Assembly (NCBI GenBank): GCA_001771135.1
Contig: MESW01000008.1
Span: 153,630-208,521, forward strand
Reading direction: 5' to 3'
Source: a candidate division CPR3 bacterium GWF2_35_18
GTDB taxonomy: Bacteria; Patescibacteriota; CPR3; GWF2-35-18
DNA length: 54,892 nt
Positions 53,517 through 54,892 of the stretch are shown here, in pieces. Both the position numbers and the translations under genes were made by a program. Below the pieces are notes generated by a model that saw only the letters and a program-made list of their open reading frames with translations, had not been told where the DNA came from and ran no database searches. Every line of letters begins with the position of its first letter. Within the stretch, counting starts at the first letter, position 1.

Positions 53517-54196
53517 TCCTGATTATTTTTAGTGAATCGAGGGAGGTAGATAGCAAAGACTAATAGTCCAGCTCCTAGTGTTGTCACAGTATCAATAAGG
53601 ATTAAAGAAATTTGAGTAGTTGCAATGTTGTGCGCTAGTCCTCCTGTCATATAGAAGAGAAAGGCGATGCTAATAAGAATAGATCTAATTTTTAGTATTT
53701 TTTTTGTGACTTTTAAAGATTGGTAGATAAATAACCCCAAATTTAAAATAGTCATTCCAATGCCGATTGTAATCACGCAAAATGCTTGGAATGAATTTAT
53801 TAACCAAAGAGTGACTCCAGAATCTGAAATCTTTACATCGGGAAGTTTAAAAAGAAGAAAAGTGGCAAAACCGATATTTCCACAGATTAAAAGCCAAAAG
53901 ATAATTTTCTCAAATTTTGGTAGGGTAAAATTGAAACCTACTCGGGTAAAAAATGTTAGACCAATTCCTCCACAGAGAACTCCGAAAGGGTAAGTAAAAC
54001 TGGCAATCTGAGGATCACTTGAGGCTAAAAGACTTCCTGTCCCCCAACTTCCTGATGCAAAGGCTATACCAAATAAAAATCCGGAAAAATATTTCAAAAT
54101 AACACTTTTATTTTCTCGATAAGAATTGAAAACCATCAAAGCGCTGACAAGGAGAAAAAGGGTGGTTATTATAAATGTAATTGTTGATAGAGGCAT
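53513..54196 (-). CDS. Hypothetical 7-TM membrane protein
   Basis: Long ORF with seven hydrophobic segments. Its stop overlaps the SpoU start by 4 nt. Confidence 0.45.
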   Translation of the reverse strand: MPLSTITFIITTLFLLVSALMVFNSYRENKSVILKYFSGFLFGIAFASGSWGTGSLLASSDPQIASFTYPFGVLCGGIGLTFFTRVGFNFTLPKFEKIIFWLLICGNIGFATFLLFKLPDVKISDSGVTLWLINSFQAFCVITIGIGMTILNLGLFIYQSLKVTKKILKIRSILISIAFLFYMTGGLAHNIATTQISLILIDTVTTLGAGLLVFAIYLPRFTKNNQE

Positions 54197-54207
54197 AAAT
54201 ATCCTTT

Positions 54208-54558
54208 CTAAAAACTTTCTAAAAACTGTTCCATGGTTGGAACAGTTGCTTTTTGAATCTGAAGAATGTTGGGTAGTTTAATGTCTGGGTATTTTGTAAC
54301 AATTGAGATAATTGCGTCTTTACAAAAATTAACGGCGGTATTTCCAGACATTTTTGAATATTGAGAAACTAATAATTCCAAAGAATTTATAGGTTTACCA
54401 TAAACAGCCATGACGTTTCCTTCATCATCAAGGATAAATTCGGGAAGGTCTTTCGCTTTTTTGACAGCCATATCAAGACCAATGATCTCAGCTTGTCTCT
54501 TTACAATAGCTGTAGCTAGTTCACAGTAAATTTGTTTATCACTGTTTTCGTTAGACAT
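54208..54558 (-). CDS. Hypothetical protein
   Basis: 116-aa ORF, 11 nt upstream of the membrane-protein gene. No motif recognised. Confidence 0.4.
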   Translation of the reverse strand: MSNENSDKQIYCELATAIVKRQAEIIGLDMAVKKAKDLPEFILDDEGNVMAVYGKPINSLELLVSQYSKMSGNTAVNFCKDAIISIVTKYPDIKLPNILQIQKATVPTMEQFLESF

Positions 54559-54707
54559 TATTGATACTAAGATATCATATTTACTAGCAAGATATCAAAA
54601 TAATCGTATTTTATATTGATTCAATCTCAAATATGTATTTTCCTTGAGATGAAGTTGACTATATATAAATATTAATTTACACTGAAATTAAGTAACTTTG
54701 TTAGAGT

Positions 54708-54764
54708 AGTTATACCCAAATAACTCTAATTTGTAACTCAAAATGTTGTTATTTGGGTATAACT
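54708..54764. promoter_or_regulatory. Long-spacer inverted repeat, site C: AGTTATACCCAAATAAC-N23-GTTATTTGGGTATAACT
   Basis: Perfect 17-bp arms, checked base by base. The right arm ends in TATAAC and lies 38 nt upstream of the pilin ATG. Confidence 0.5.
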
Positions 54765-54801
54765 CAATTACATTTATTGTAAACTCAAAGAAGTTCAGCA
54801 T

Positions 54802-54892
54802 ATGAAAAATAAATCTTTCCATTTCCAGAATTCTTTGGGATTTACTTTAATTGAACTTCTTATCGTAATTGCCATTATTGGAGTTTTATCAT
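54802..54892 (+). CDS. Type IV pilin / pseudopilin, 5-prime partial (runs off the window)
   Basis: MKNKSFHFQNSLG|FTLIELLIVIAIIGVLS is the canonical prepilin peptidase site and N-methylation motif. Confidence 0.75.
   Translation, partial: MKNKSFHFQNSLGFTLIELLIVIAIIGVLS

Overview
Low-GC (about one-third G+C by eye, not computed), densely coded bacterial chromosome segment. The gene content fits an uncultivated small-genome bacterium, possibly Patescibacteria/CPR-like; that placement is inference. Supporting content includes MurT/GatD, B12-dependent class II RNR with CobO, a cobalamin riboswitch, a type IV pilin, many membrane-anchored orphan proteins and tRNAs with encoded CCA. All protein calls come from motifs read in the supplied translations; no database search was run.

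Left to right:
- tRNA-Leu, then gatD / TVP38-like / murT.
- A lysozyme-like protein and a CaCA exchanger.
- A CstR-like repressor-trxA operon with a palindromic operator.
- An ABC-2 exporter and a phosphodiester glycosidase.
- A cobalamin-riboswitch operon: DUF4430 protein plus a membrane protein.
- A second CaCA-like protein.
- A strikingly GC-rich single gene for a 1115-aa S8 protease / beta-propeller / DUF11 protein (12.56-15.9 kb), then a GNAT.
- A ~12 kb putative integrative element (about 16.85-29.1 kb). It carries a 39-bp perfect tandem repeat, a Zn-ribbon protein, a Rep-like protein, a nuclease-domain-fused gamma-class N6A methylase with an HsdS subunit but no HsdR, an orphan 347-aa nuclease-like protein, three secreted or anchored cargo proteins, and a large serine recombinase. 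The recombinase ORF ends inside tRNA-Lys(CUU), and tRNA relics lie next to it.
- A double CxxC-x17-CxxC protein and an HD hydrolase.
- A CreD-like / ECF sigma / 727-aa anti-sigma-like operon behind tRNA-Arg.
- pyrG, Fic, GT2 plus GT39, and a secreted beta-propeller protein.
- cobO-nrdJ.
- A copper/disulfide island: csoR with operator, DsbA-like, HMA-TM-cupredoxin fusion, copZ, VKOR, copA, ZIP.
- A SpoU methyltransferase, two orphans and a truncated pilin.

The most interesting signals:
1. The HsdR-less M/S module with unknown partner genes on the mobile element.
2. The GC-rich single-gene island.
3. A recurring long-spacer inverted repeat, TATACCCAA...TTGGGTATA, over three promoters.
4. The interleaving of disulfide-bond genes with copper-homeostasis genes.
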